Of a stretch of 64,000 nt of DNA, positions 41,034 to 49,903 are shown piece after piece. The DNA lies in NCBI GenBank assembly GCA_963666055.2, contig CAXWPH010000014.1, positions 128,001-192,000 on the forward strand, read 5' to 3'. The notes under the pieces were generated by a model, which was not told the origin of the DNA, did no database searches, and saw only the letters and a list, made by a program, of their open reading frames with translations. Every line of letters begins with the position of its first letter. The stretch's first letter is position 1. This stretch comes from Acidobacteriota bacterium (GTDB lineage: Bacteria; Acidobacteriota; UBA890; WLXD01). Position numbers and translations under genes: made by a program.

Positions 41034-41630
41034 CTACCAACGGCGCTGCCAGACTCCGTCGGCGTGACGGCGGCGCCAAAGCGAGAAACGGGCCGTGGCA
41101 CCATAGACCCGAATTGCGACGGCGTCCCCGAATTGGTTACGCAGGTAGAGGCTACCGGACGTGGCCGTGCCGTCGGCCGACAGTGACAGCAGATCGCCCC
41201 GGCCAAACGCAACGCCGTCTGGTGGCGGCGTGCCGCCAGTAGGCGTCCGCACACCCGGCGGCAGCCCGGCGACCACGCCCGGGTAGTTTCTGCTCACGTT
41301 GCGCTCCGGGCCGAGCGCGATATCACGCCCAGCGCGCAAGTCGGCACGCCGCAACCCATCTCCATCCCCATCGGCGACCGGCGTCCAGACGATTTCCCCC
41401 GCCCTCGAATCTATGGCGATGCCACGTGAAGCACCGGCCGCAGCCGCAGCCATGCGCAAGCCCACCGCGAAGAGCACCAGCTCCTCTGCGGCTGCCTCCA
41501 ACCTCCGCGCCTGGCGCCAGCGCACAAACGCTGGCGCCACCGTCTGGACGACGATTCCCAACACCGCCAGCACCACCACCACCTCGATGATTGAGCTGCC
41601 TGTGCTGCGGCAGGCGCGGTTCGAGCTCAC
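41034..41630 (-). CDS. FimT/GspH-like minor pilin or pseudopilin
   Basis: Prepilin-type G|SSIIEVVVVLAVLGIV with E at +5; C-terminal G.A.SGSLYL typical of the GspH/FimT domain. Confidence 0.75.
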   Translation of the reverse strand: MSSNRACRSTGSSIIEVVVVLAVLGIVVQTVAPAFVRWRQARRLEAAAEELVLFAVGLRMAAAAAGASRGIAIDSRAGEIVWTPVADGDGDGLRRADLRAGRDIALGPERNVSRNYPGVVAGLPPGVRTPTGGTPPPDGVAFGRGDLLSLSADGTATSGSLYLRNQFGDAVAIRVYGATARFSLWRRRHADGVWQRRW

Positions 41631-41995
41631 GCCCCTGAGTCACCCCGAGCATCGACGGTCACATAGGGACGCAACTTTTCCAGCGTCGTCACCCCGATTC
41701 CGCGGATGTTTAGCAAATCCTCGAGCCGCTCGAACGGCCCATGTTCTTTTCGCCAGTCGAGAATGCGACGCGCTGTCGCCGGCCCGATTCCAGGAACCGT
41801 CTGCAGCTGATCCTCATCGGCGCGGTTCACATCAACACGTGCCGTTGGGGCTTCCTGCTGCCAGGTAACGTGTCGCCCTGTTTCCTGTTGTCGAGCCATC
41901 GACAGGTTGACTACCGCCTGCCGCTCGACGACGCTGAGCGCCGACGCGGGAGCGACAATCACCAGCGCTGCAGCTCCTATCAATCCGCAGATCAT
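41627..41995 (-). CDS. comEA: ComEA-like helix-hairpin-helix DNA-binding protein
   Basis: Signal peptide, then VDVNRADEDQLQTVPGIGPATARRILDWRKEHGPF..LEDLLNIRGIG. Confidence 0.85.
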   Translation of the reverse strand: MICGLIGAAALVIVAPASALSVVERQAVVNLSMARQQETGRHVTWQQEAPTARVDVNRADEDQLQTVPGIGPATARRILDWRKEHGPFERLEDLLNIRGIGVTTLEKLRPYVTVDARGDSGA

Positions 41996-42263
41996 GCTTC
42001 CCTCCGAATTGCTGTTTGGCTTCTGTGGGCGCCGCGACCTCACCGCGCCTCGCCACCAGGAGACGGTCAACGACTTTCGAATTCCTGATTCTGGCGCGCC
42101 TCCGCAGCGGCCACGCGTCTTCGTCCGGGAGAGCGTCGAAAGCCATGAAGAAAGGCCGGTTTCGGCGCATGAGGCCACGTTTGCGCGCCTCCTGGGGGCA
42201 TGCTAGCTTGCCGTTCTTCCGCCTCCGGGACCTTTCTCCCGACCGTCGCCCCGCCTGCGAAGC

Positions 42264-43721
42264 ATGGCCAAAGACCGAGCATCTGACGATTCGTTCGTCA
42301 CCGAGATCACGCCGAAGTCCGAGGACTTCTCGCGTTGGTATACGGACGTCGTCCGCCGTGCCGAGCTTGCTGATTACTCGCCGGTCAAGGGGTGCATGGT
42401 CATCCGACCCTATGGCTACGCGTTGTGGGAGAACGCTCGCGACCTGCTCGACGCCCGCTTCAAGGCTACCGGACATCAGAACGCCTACTTTCCGTTGTTG
42501 ATCCCGGAGAGCTTGCTGCAAAAGGAGGCCGAGCACGTGGAGGGGTTCGCGCCCGAAGTCGCGTGGGTCACACACGGCGGTGACAACGAGCTCGAAGAGC
42601 GCCTCGCCATCCGCCCCACATCCGAGGCGATCATTTGCAGCATGTACAGCAAGTGGGTGCAGTCCTGGCGCGACCTACCAGTGCTGATCAACCAATGGGC
42701 AAACGTGGTGCGCTGGGAGAAAGTCACGCGGTTCTTCCTACGTACCACGGAGTTCCTCTGGCAGGAGGGGCACACCGCGCACGCTACTGCGGAGGAGGCA
42801 CAGGAGGAGACTCTGAAGATGCTCGGCGTCTACCGCGACTTCCTGGCGGAGGACCTCGCCATTCCGGCGATCCCGGGTATCAAGACCGATCGTGAGAAGT
42901 TCGCTGGTGCCGACCGCACATACACGGTCGAGGCGTTGATGTCCGACGGACGCGCCTTGCAGGCCGGAACCTCGCACAACCTGGGACAGAGCTTCGCTAA
43001 GGCATTCGATATCCGCTTCGAGGACCAGAACCAGGAGCTCCAGTATGTCTGGAGCACCTCCTGGGGCATGTCCACTCGAATAATCGGCGCGCTCATCATG
43101 ACGCACGGCGACGACTCCGGATTGCAGCTACCGCCGCGTGTCGCTCCCTACCACGTGGTGATCGTTCCCATCCGGGCGGGCTCCTACGAGGAGGAGGTGC
43201 TGCCAGCCGCCAGGGCGCTGCGCGACCTGCTCGTCACCGCCGGCCTTCGTGTCTATCTCGACGACCGCGACGAGCATACTCCCGGCTGGAAGTACAACGA
43301 ATGGGAGATGCGTGGCGTGCCGCTGCGCGCCGAGATTGGTCCGCGCGACGTCGCCAAGGGGCAGACCGTGCTGGTGCGTCGGGACACGCGTGAGAAGAGC
43401 TTCGTGCCGGTGGACCACGCGCCCTCGACCGCCGCGACATTGCTGGACGAAATTCAGACTTCCATGTTGGAGTCGGCGCGCGCGTTTACTGCCGACAACA
43501 CCCATGAGGTGGACAGCTACGACGCTTTCCGCGAGATCATGTCGGGACGGCGCGGCTTTCTGAAGGTGAACTGGTGCGGCGACCCCGACCTCGAGGCCCG
43601 CATCAAGGAAGAGACCTCGGCCAGCATCCGCTGCCTATTGCTCGACGAAGAGCCCCGTGGGCCCTGTTTCTATAGCGGTGGGCCCGCCAAGCACGTGGCG
43701 TTATTCGCCAAGGCCTACTGA
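42264..43721 (+). CDS. proS: Proline--tRNA ligase (archaeal/eukaryote-like type, no INS editing domain)
   Basis: DFSRWY, VKGCMVIRPYG, KEAEHVEGFAPE, RPTSE, RTTEFLWQEGHT, QAGTSHNLGQ; ends FAKAY. Confidence 0.96.
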   Translation: MAKDRASDDSFVTEITPKSEDFSRWYTDVVRRAELADYSPVKGCMVIRPYGYALWENARDLLDARFKATGHQNAYFPLLIPESLLQKEAEHVEGFAPEVAWVTHGGDNELEERLAIRPTSEAIICSMYSKWVQSWRDLPVLINQWANVVRWEKVTRFFLRTTEFLWQEGHTAHATAEEAQEETLKMLGVYRDFLAEDLAIPAIPGIKTDREKFAGADRTYTVEALMSDGRALQAGTSHNLGQSFAKAFDIRFEDQNQELQYVWSTSWGMSTRIIGALIMTHGDDSGLQLPPRVAPYHVVIVPIRAGSYEEEVLPAARALRDLLVTAGLRVYLDDRDEHTPGWKYNEWEMRGVPLRAEIGPRDVAKGQTVLVRRDTREKSFVPVDHAPSTAATLLDEIQTSMLESARAFTADNTHEVDSYDAFREIMSGRRGFLKVNWCGDPDLEARIKEETSASIRCLLLDEEPRGPCFYSGGPAKHVALFAKAY

Positions 43722-43722
43722 A

Positions 43723-44283
43723 TCAGGCTCGTAGCAGCGCTTCGATCGTCGCCGCCACTTCATCCGGCAGCAGCCCGGCGTCGACGACCAGGTCCGCCTG
43801 CGCATAAATCGGCTCCCGTTGCTCGAGCAGCGCCCGGGCAGCCGCCGGATCGGGCCACAGCGGTCGAGTGCCTCGCGCACGCACCTCGGCAGAGCCGACC
43901 CGCCGCTGCAGCTCGGCGAAGTCGCATCGCAACCATACCGACGTCGCCATCTGTGCCGACAGCTGGCGGTTCTCCGCCGCCATGTGGGCTCCGCCACCCA
44001 GGGCAACGACAGTGCGTGGTTTCTGGGTCGCCTGACGGAGGACGAATGTCTCCGTTTGCCGGAAGCTCTCCTCGCCTTCCTCGGCGAAGATCTCGGCGAT
44101 CGAACGGCCGGCGTGCCGCACGATAAGAGCATCGAGATCGAGGAAGTTCCATAACAGGCGGCGGGCTAGCAACTGTCCCACGGTACTCTTGCCGCACCCC
44201 ATGAAGCCCACCAGGTGAACCTGCCGCTTGCCACGTGCATCGTGGTGCATCGTGACAAGGCTTTCGGTGGCATCAGCGGTCAT
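43723..44283 (-). CDS. aroK: Shikimate kinase
   Basis: LVGFMGCGKST, DLD, IFAEEGEESFR, VALGGG, RPL and REPIY. Confidence 0.93.
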   Translation of the reverse strand: MTADATESLVTMHHDARGKRQVHLVGFMGCGKSTVGQLLARRLLWNFLDLDALIVRHAGRSIAEIFAEEGEESFRQTETFVLRQATQKPRTVVALGGGAHMAAENRQLSAQMATSVWLRCDFAELQRRVGSAEVRARGTRPLWPDPAAARALLEQREPIYAQADLVVDAGLLPDEVAATIEALLRA

Positions 44284-45581
44284 CGACGGACGACCAACCT
44301 CAGTTGCTCATAGAAGCCGGGATACGACACCGACGCGGCGTCGGCACCGAGGACCTCGATGGGGCCGCTCGCCGCACCGGCGACAGCGGCCGTCGCCAGC
44401 GCAATGCGATGGTCTCCGCAGGCATCGACGGTCCCGCCCATCAAGCCCTGACGGCCGGGTACGGCTAAACCGTCTGGGAACTCGTCGACCTGCGCGCCCA
44501 GCGCCCTCAGGGCCGCACAAACTGCTGCAATACGGTCGCTCTCCTTGACCCGCAGCTCGGCGGCGCCACGAATTTCCACGCCCTCCTCGGTCAGCGGTCC
44601 CAGCAACGCCAGCAACGGCAGCTCGTCGATCAGCGCTGTGACCGCCCCTGCATCTATGACCCCGCCTCGCAGGCCACCGGCATGGCGCACATGAAGCAAC
44701 GCGCAGGGCTCGCCGTGCCAATCGGACTCGGGCTCGAGCTCGATCGTGGCACCCCAGTCGCGCAGCACGTCAAGCACCGCCGAGCGCGTTGGATTGACAC
44801 CCACACCTGGGAGCTCCAGCTCCGCTTGTTGGGCAACGCTTGCAGCTGCAACCCAGTAGGCAGCCGACGACACGTCACCTGGCACTCTGCCGTGCAGCGG
44901 TCCGAGCTGTGGCCGTGGGCGCAACCTCACGCCACCGTCAGCTGCGTCGCCGCTAATCTCCGCTCCCATCGATGCGAGCATCCGCTCCGTGTGGTCGCGT
45001 GAGAGCCGCTCCTCGTGCACCACGGTGTCGTCGGCGGCGCGCAGCCCGGCCAGGAGCACACAGGACTTCACCTGAGCCGACGGCACCGGCGTTCGATATG
45101 TGACCCCGCGTAGCTGCGAGCCCTCAATGATGAGCGGTGGACGGCCACCCTCGCGCGTGCTCACCGTCGCACCCATCGCCCGCAGCGGCTCTGCAATACG
45201 CTCCATCGGGCGACCGCGCAGCGACCGGTCCCCGTCCAGCGTGGTACGAAACTGATTGCCGGCCACCAGGCCAGCAAGCAGCCGCATGGTCGTACCACTG
45301 TTACCGCACGGAAGCGGATCGGCGGACTGCCGCAGCCCGTCTATCCCCGCACCGCGCACCCGCGTCGACCCATCGGACGAACCCTCGTCGATCTCGATAC
45401 CGAGTTGCCGCAAGCACACCGCGGTCGAGCGCACGTCCTGTCCCCGCGATAGTCCATCAATGTGGCTCGTTCCAACCGCCACCGCTGCCAGCATCAGCGC
45501 CCGATGGGAGATCGATTTGTCACCCGGAACTTCGATCCGACCGTGCAGGCCAGCCGCAGGTTCGAGATCCCAACGATCCAT
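44280..45581 (-). CDS. aroA: 3-phosphoshikimate 1-carboxyvinyltransferase (class II EPSPS)
   Basis: PGDKSISHRA, GNSGTTMRL, RPM, SAQVKS, SRDHTERML, ELRVKESDRI and DHRIA. Confidence 0.95.
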   Translation of the reverse strand: MDRWDLEPAAGLHGRIEVPGDKSISHRALMLAAVAVGTSHIDGLSRGQDVRSTAVCLRQLGIEIDEGSSDGSTRVRGAGIDGLRQSADPLPCGNSGTTMRLLAGLVAGNQFRTTLDGDRSLRGRPMERIAEPLRAMGATVSTREGGRPPLIIEGSQLRGVTYRTPVPSAQVKSCVLLAGLRAADDTVVHEERLSRDHTERMLASMGAEISGDAADGGVRLRPRPQLGPLHGRVPGDVSSAAYWVAAASVAQQAELELPGVGVNPTRSAVLDVLRDWGATIELEPESDWHGEPCALLHVRHAGGLRGGVIDAGAVTALIDELPLLALLGPLTEEGVEIRGAAELRVKESDRIAAVCAALRALGAQVDEFPDGLAVPGRQGLMGGTVDACGDHRIALATAAVAGAASGPIEVLGADAASVSYPGFYEQLRLVVRR

Positions 45582-45599
45582 GGGCGGTGTCAGTCCGGG

Positions 45600-45710
45600 C
45601 TATTCACCGCGGTCGCGGTCGATCCGTGCCGAGCGCCACAACAGCAACCCGAAGCCGCCCCATATGAACCCGAGAACGAACAGCATCATGACAATCGCGC
45701 CTGCGTCCAT
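45600..45710 (-). CDS. MetS-like small subunit of NSS amino-acid transporter (36 aa, absent from ORF track)
   Basis: Translated by hand: MDAGAIVMMLFVLGFIWGGFGLLLWRSARIDRDRGE*; single TM with AIxMM..IWGG, starting 2 bp after the NSS transporter stop. Confidence 0.8.
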   Translation of the reverse strand: MDAGAIVMMLFVLGFIWGGFGLLLWRSARIDRDRGE

Positions 45711-45712
45711 CG

Positions 45713-47206
45713 TCAACTTCCTCGACTAGGGTCTGGTGCTGTCTCGGCGCCCAGCGTCGCGGTGGCGATTCGATCGTTGAGCAGCCAGAAGATGAAGAAG
45801 GCGACTCCCCACTGCAACAGGCAGGTTCCCAGGCTGAACGAAGCGAACGGGTTCCACCAGTCCGGCTCGCTGATGGCAGCCTGATACAACCACCAGGTGA
45901 TCAGAATCAAGAACTGAGCCGGCACTACCCAACGCAGCAAGACGTCGAACCAGCGACCGATCGGCAGGTCGTTGCGAGCCGGTTCGATGAGCTCGCGCCG
46001 GAAACGCGCCGCACCGAAGCGGTTCACCGCCACGGCAAAAAGAAAGCCCGACACCATCAAGCCAATGCCCCAGACATTGTCCTGGTTGACAAGGAAGTCG
46101 GTGCTGAGCGACGCCGGTAAGCCGAATAGGAAACCACCCAGCGTTACGAAGAGCACGGCGCGCCCTCGGCTGAGGCCGGCGTCGACGAACAGGCGCGACG
46201 ACATTTCGATCATCGCCACCAGTGAAGATATCGCCGCTACGACCAGCGCCAGGAAAAAGAGCACCAGTGAGAGCTGCCCGAAAGGCATTTGCTGGAACAG
46301 CTCGGGAATCCACAGGAAGCTCAGCGCCGTGTTCCCTGGACCTCCGAGCTGCAACAGCTCCTCGGCCGGCGGGCTACCGGGGTTCGACGGCGCCAACGCG
46401 AACACCGAGCAGATCACCATGATGCCGGCCAACAACGAGGCGGCGTTGTTACCAAAGCCGATGGTCAGCGAGTTCATCACGATGTCGTCGCGATGGCTGG
46501 TGTAGATCGAGTACGTCAGCAACAGTCCGTAGCCGGCGCCGGTCGACCACGCCGACTGCGTCAAGCCCTCGAGCCAGATCCGGTAGTCGAGCAGGGCGCT
46601 CAGGTCGGGGTTGAAGAGAAAGTTCAGACCGCCGATCGCTCCCGGAAGGGTAACCGCCCGCACCGCCCCTGCCACCAGCAGCAAGAACAGCAGCGGGATC
46701 ATCACCTTGCAGACACGCTCGATGCCGGCGACGCCGCGATAGACGATAGCCCCGGCGCAAGAGATCGCCACCAGGTGGAAGAAAACCGATTCGCTCGGCG
46801 ATGCCTGAAACGCCTCCCAGAACTCACGCCCGCCCTGCTCGAGCACCTTCCCGGTGAGCGCTCCGAACAGGTACTTGAAGCACCACCCGGCGATCACCGC
46901 GTAATAGAACATGATCGCCATCGAGCAGAAGCCGACGAAGCTTCCCATCCACGAGGCGTTGCGTCCCACCAGCCTGCCAAACGCGCCGACGGCGCCCTTC
47001 TGCGCCTGCCGCCCCATGGCCGTCTCGACCATCAGCAACGGGATCGACCACAGCAGCAGGAACACCAGCCAGGGGATGAGGAACTCCCCGCCGCCGTTCT
47101 GTGCCGCAACACGTGGAAATCGCCAGATGTTGCCGGTGCCGACAGCCATCCCGATCGCCGCCACCAACAGACCGAACCTGGAAGTGAACTGCTCCTGTGT
47201 CTTCAT
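45713..47206 (-). CDS. Sodium-dependent neurotransmitter:sodium symporter (NSS/SNF) family transporter
   Basis: FTSRFGLLVAAIGMAVGTGNIWRFP..AAQNGGGEFLIPW, FYYAVIAGW and multiple TM helices. Confidence 0.93.
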   Translation of the reverse strand: MKTQEQFTSRFGLLVAAIGMAVGTGNIWRFPRVAAQNGGGEFLIPWLVFLLLWSIPLLMVETAMGRQAQKGAVGAFGRLVGRNASWMGSFVGFCSMAIMFYYAVIAGWCFKYLFGALTGKVLEQGGREFWEAFQASPSESVFFHLVAISCAGAIVYRGVAGIERVCKVMIPLLFLLLVAGAVRAVTLPGAIGGLNFLFNPDLSALLDYRIWLEGLTQSAWSTGAGYGLLLTYSIYTSHRDDIVMNSLTIGFGNNAASLLAGIMVICSVFALAPSNPGSPPAEELLQLGGPGNTALSFLWIPELFQQMPFGQLSLVLFFLALVVAAISSLVAMIEMSSRLFVDAGLSRGRAVLFVTLGGFLFGLPASLSTDFLVNQDNVWGIGLMVSGFLFAVAVNRFGAARFRRELIEPARNDLPIGRWFDVLLRWVVPAQFLILITWWLYQAAISEPDWWNPFASFSLGTCLLQWGVAFFIFWLLNDRIATATLGAETAPDPSRGS

Positions 47207-47450
47207 CGCCAGCGGCTCTGAATCGAGTCTCTGTAATTTGCTGATTTCAAAAGATTTATCCATCCGATCGTTTGCCGGGTCGCCTCGGCCTTGGTGAGGC
47301 GGGCAGAGCAACCGGGGCGAGCGGGCGGATTCTAGCCCGTCGCTGGCCGTCGTGCGACTGGCGCCGGCTGGCCAACTCAACCGCGACCGCACGCCGTCCG
47401 AATCGATCCACGTCCCGGCGAAGCCCCGCCCTCATCCGGGTTGGCACCCT

Positions 47451-47600
47451 TGAATAGGCTAACTTAGTTAAACATTGACAAGATCAGAATCACGACTCAT
47501 TAGAATAAAAACAGTATTTCAAACTAGTCTTCAATAGTTATAGATAGATTAAAATAGATTTGAATATTAATAAATAGTTAACGCTTGTTATGAGTTGTTC
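47451..47600. other. AT-rich island with 10-bp periodic motif in a divergent intergenic region
   Basis: 111 of 150 bases are A/T by hand count; successive 10-mers fit nnAATAGWTW. Confidence 0.7.
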
Positions 47601-47859
47601 TGGACTGCTTTGATGCGCACTGATCTGCCGAGGGCCGTCGGACGATTCCGCGGAACGCCGCCCCAACCACGACCCGGGAGCCGCGGCGCGCAAACGCCGC
47701 GCAGCCTCTCCCAGTTGCCGAATGCCGTATGCTGCCCGATCAGTGCCCGACGGCGCTGGCAACATACGCGCAACTGGCCCAGGCATCTGCGCCGCCCGCG
47801 GGAACTCTGTCTCATTAGGAAACGATCGGGACAGGGGCCGCTCCGGAGCGAGGACGACC

Positions 47860-49020
47860 ATGGATTTCTCACTGACCGACGAACAAGAGCTGATCATCGA
47901 GAGCACCCGCGAGTTCGTGCAGCGGGAGCTGCTGCCGCACGAAGACCTTGTCGAAGAAGCCGACGAAGTCCCGGACGAGCTATACGAGCAAGTCAAGCAA
48001 CGCGCCCTCGAGCAAGGGCTGTACGCCGCCGATATCCCCACCAAGTACGGCGGGGGCGGGCTCGACCCACTCTCGTTCACATTGCTCGAGCGCGAGCTCG
48101 GCTGGGCCTCCTACGCCCTGCAGTACATCGTGCACCGCCCCTGCAACATCCTGCAGGCGGGAACGGACGAGCAGATCGAGACCTACCTGAAGCCGACCGT
48201 ACGCGGTGAGCGCCTCGACTGCCTGGCGATGACGGAGCCCGCCGCCGGATCGGACCTGCGCGGCATGCAAACAACCGCCAAGAAGGACGGCGACGACTAC
48301 GTCATCAACGGCTCGAAGATCTACATCAGCTTCGGCATGCGCGCCGACTACGTAATTCTATTCGCGGTCACCGGCGTCACCGAGACGCCGCGCGGACCGC
48401 GCAACGAGATCTCCACATTCCTGATCGACAAGGGCACGCCGGGCTTCGAATGGCAGTACGGCGGCAGCTGCGTGTCGCATCGCGGCTACGACCACGCCGA
48501 GCTGTTCTTCGACAGCTGCCGCGTGCCCGCGACCCAGATGCTGGGCGAGCCCGGCGAGGGCTTCAAGCTGGCAGGGGTGTGGCTGTCGCCGGCGCGTCTG
48601 TCGATGGGCGCTCTGTGCGTCGGACGAGCCAAGCGCGTGTTCCAGATGGCGTCCGAATGGGCGGCAACGCGTAAGCAATTCGGCAAGCCTATAGGCCAGT
48701 TTCAGGGAACGGGCTTCAAGATCGCCGACATGGCGGTGCAGATCGAAGCCGCCGACATGCTCACCCTCAAGGCGGCGTGGAAGTGCGCCCAGGGCACGAT
48801 GACAGACCGGGATGCTGCGGTAGCGAAGCTCCACGCCAGCGAGATGCTCGCCATGGTCACCGACCATGCGGTGCAGATCTACGGCGGTATGGGGGTGATG
48901 AAGGAGATGCCCATCGAGCGCTTCTGGAGAGACGCGCGGCTCGACCGCATCTGGGACGGCACCAGCGAGATTCAGCGCCACATCATCGCGCGCTCGATCC
49001 TGCGGCCGCTGGAAGGCTGA
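47860..49020 (+). CDS. Acyl-CoA dehydrogenase
   Basis: MDFSLTDEQ, IPTKYGGGG, LAMTEPAAGSD, INGSKIYIS, RKQFGKPI and IWDGTSEIQR. Confidence 0.94.
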   Translation: MDFSLTDEQELIIESTREFVQRELLPHEDLVEEADEVPDELYEQVKQRALEQGLYAADIPTKYGGGGLDPLSFTLLERELGWASYALQYIVHRPCNILQAGTDEQIETYLKPTVRGERLDCLAMTEPAAGSDLRGMQTTAKKDGDDYVINGSKIYISFGMRADYVILFAVTGVTETPRGPRNEISTFLIDKGTPGFEWQYGGSCVSHRGYDHAELFFDSCRVPATQMLGEPGEGFKLAGVWLSPARLSMGALCVGRAKRVFQMASEWAATRKQFGKPIGQFQGTGFKIADMAVQIEAADMLTLKAAWKCAQGTMTDRDAAVAKLHASEMLAMVTDHAVQIYGGMGVMKEMPIERFWRDARLDRIWDGTSEIQRHIIARSILRPLEG

Positions 49021-49067
49021 TCACGGCGCAGGCCCGAATACGCGCCGCCCTGCGTACACAAGTTCGT

Positions 49068-49241
49068 ATAGCAGGCCGTGGTGGAAGTGTGCCGTAACCC
49101 TCCGGGCGATAGCGGGTTGCGCGCGTATGCTGTGTCGTTCGTCGTCAACGATGGGCTAACCATCGCCTCCTCCTTTCTCCTTGCCTCCGCCTCGCAAGAC
49201 CCTGTCGCCAGGCCCGCCACACTTCCACCACGGCCTGCTAG
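49068..49241. mobile_element. MITE-like element family A, copy 3 (174 bp, one arm deleted)
   Basis: ATAGCAGGCCGTGGTGGAAGTGTG ... CACACTTCCACCACGGCCTGCTAG; interior matches 39161-39311, about 105 bp missing. Confidence 0.85.
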
Positions 49242-49897
49242 CGGGCGCCGCGATCGCCCAGGCCACTGACCGCGCTCTCGAGAACGGCGCGGGCCGCGCC
49301 CAGCGGATCCGCCTGCGCCACCACCGCCGAGAGCACGGCGACGCAGTCGGCGCCGGCGGCAGTGACACCACGTGCATTGGTCGCGTCGATACCGCCAATT
49401 GCCACCAGCGGCTGATCGGTGAGTCGACGCGCGGCGCGCACGTGCTCCAGGCCGACGGCGGATCCGGCGTTTGCCTTGCTACCGGTGGCGAACACCGGAC
49501 CCACCGCAAGGTAGTCGATCGGCAGCTCGCCAGACCCCTGAACGTCACCGAGAGAGTCGGCCGACAGCCCCAAGCACTCCTCTGCCAGTAGCCGTCGAGC
49601 CCGCTCGACGGGCATGTCGGTCTGGCCGATGTGGGCGCCGACGCCAGTCAGCGCCGCCGCGACCCCGACGCGGTCGTTGAGCAGCAGATAAATACCCAGC
49701 GAGTCGCACAGGCGCTCGGCAACGCTAGCGGCGGCGAAAAACGCGTCGTCGGTGGCGTGCTTGTCGCGATACTGCACCCATTCCGCACCGGCCTCCGCGA
49801 GTGCCTCCAGGGTCGGCGACAGCGGCCACCTCGCGATGCCCGGGTCATAGATCGGCAGCATCGCCGGAATTCGGCCGGTGACCCATGGCAGCGGCAT
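49238..49897 (-). CDS. thiE: Thiamine-phosphate synthase
   Basis: VQYRDK, LNDR, HIGQTD, DYLAVGPVFATGSK and VAIGGI. Confidence 0.92.
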   Translation of the reverse strand: MPLPWVTGRIPAMLPIYDPGIARWPLSPTLEALAEAGAEWVQYRDKHATDDAFFAAASVAERLCDSLGIYLLLNDRVGVAAALTGVGAHIGQTDMPVERARRLLAEECLGLSADSLGDVQGSGELPIDYLAVGPVFATGSKANAGSAVGLEHVRAARRLTDQPLVAIGGIDATNARGVTAAGADCVAVLSAVVAQADPLGAARAVLESAVSGLGDRGAR

Positions 49898-49903
49898 CGA
49901 CGC

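Noticed and set aside
47475-47506. Sigma70 promoter TTGACA...TAGAAT
   Set aside because: The spacer is 20 bp, too long for a confident call, and such hexamers arise easily in AT-rich DNA
47207-47859. Replication origin
   Set aside because: No perfect TTATCCACA box seen, no dnaA/dnaN nearby and no switch in dominant gene strand. Kept only as a possibility under the AT-island finding.
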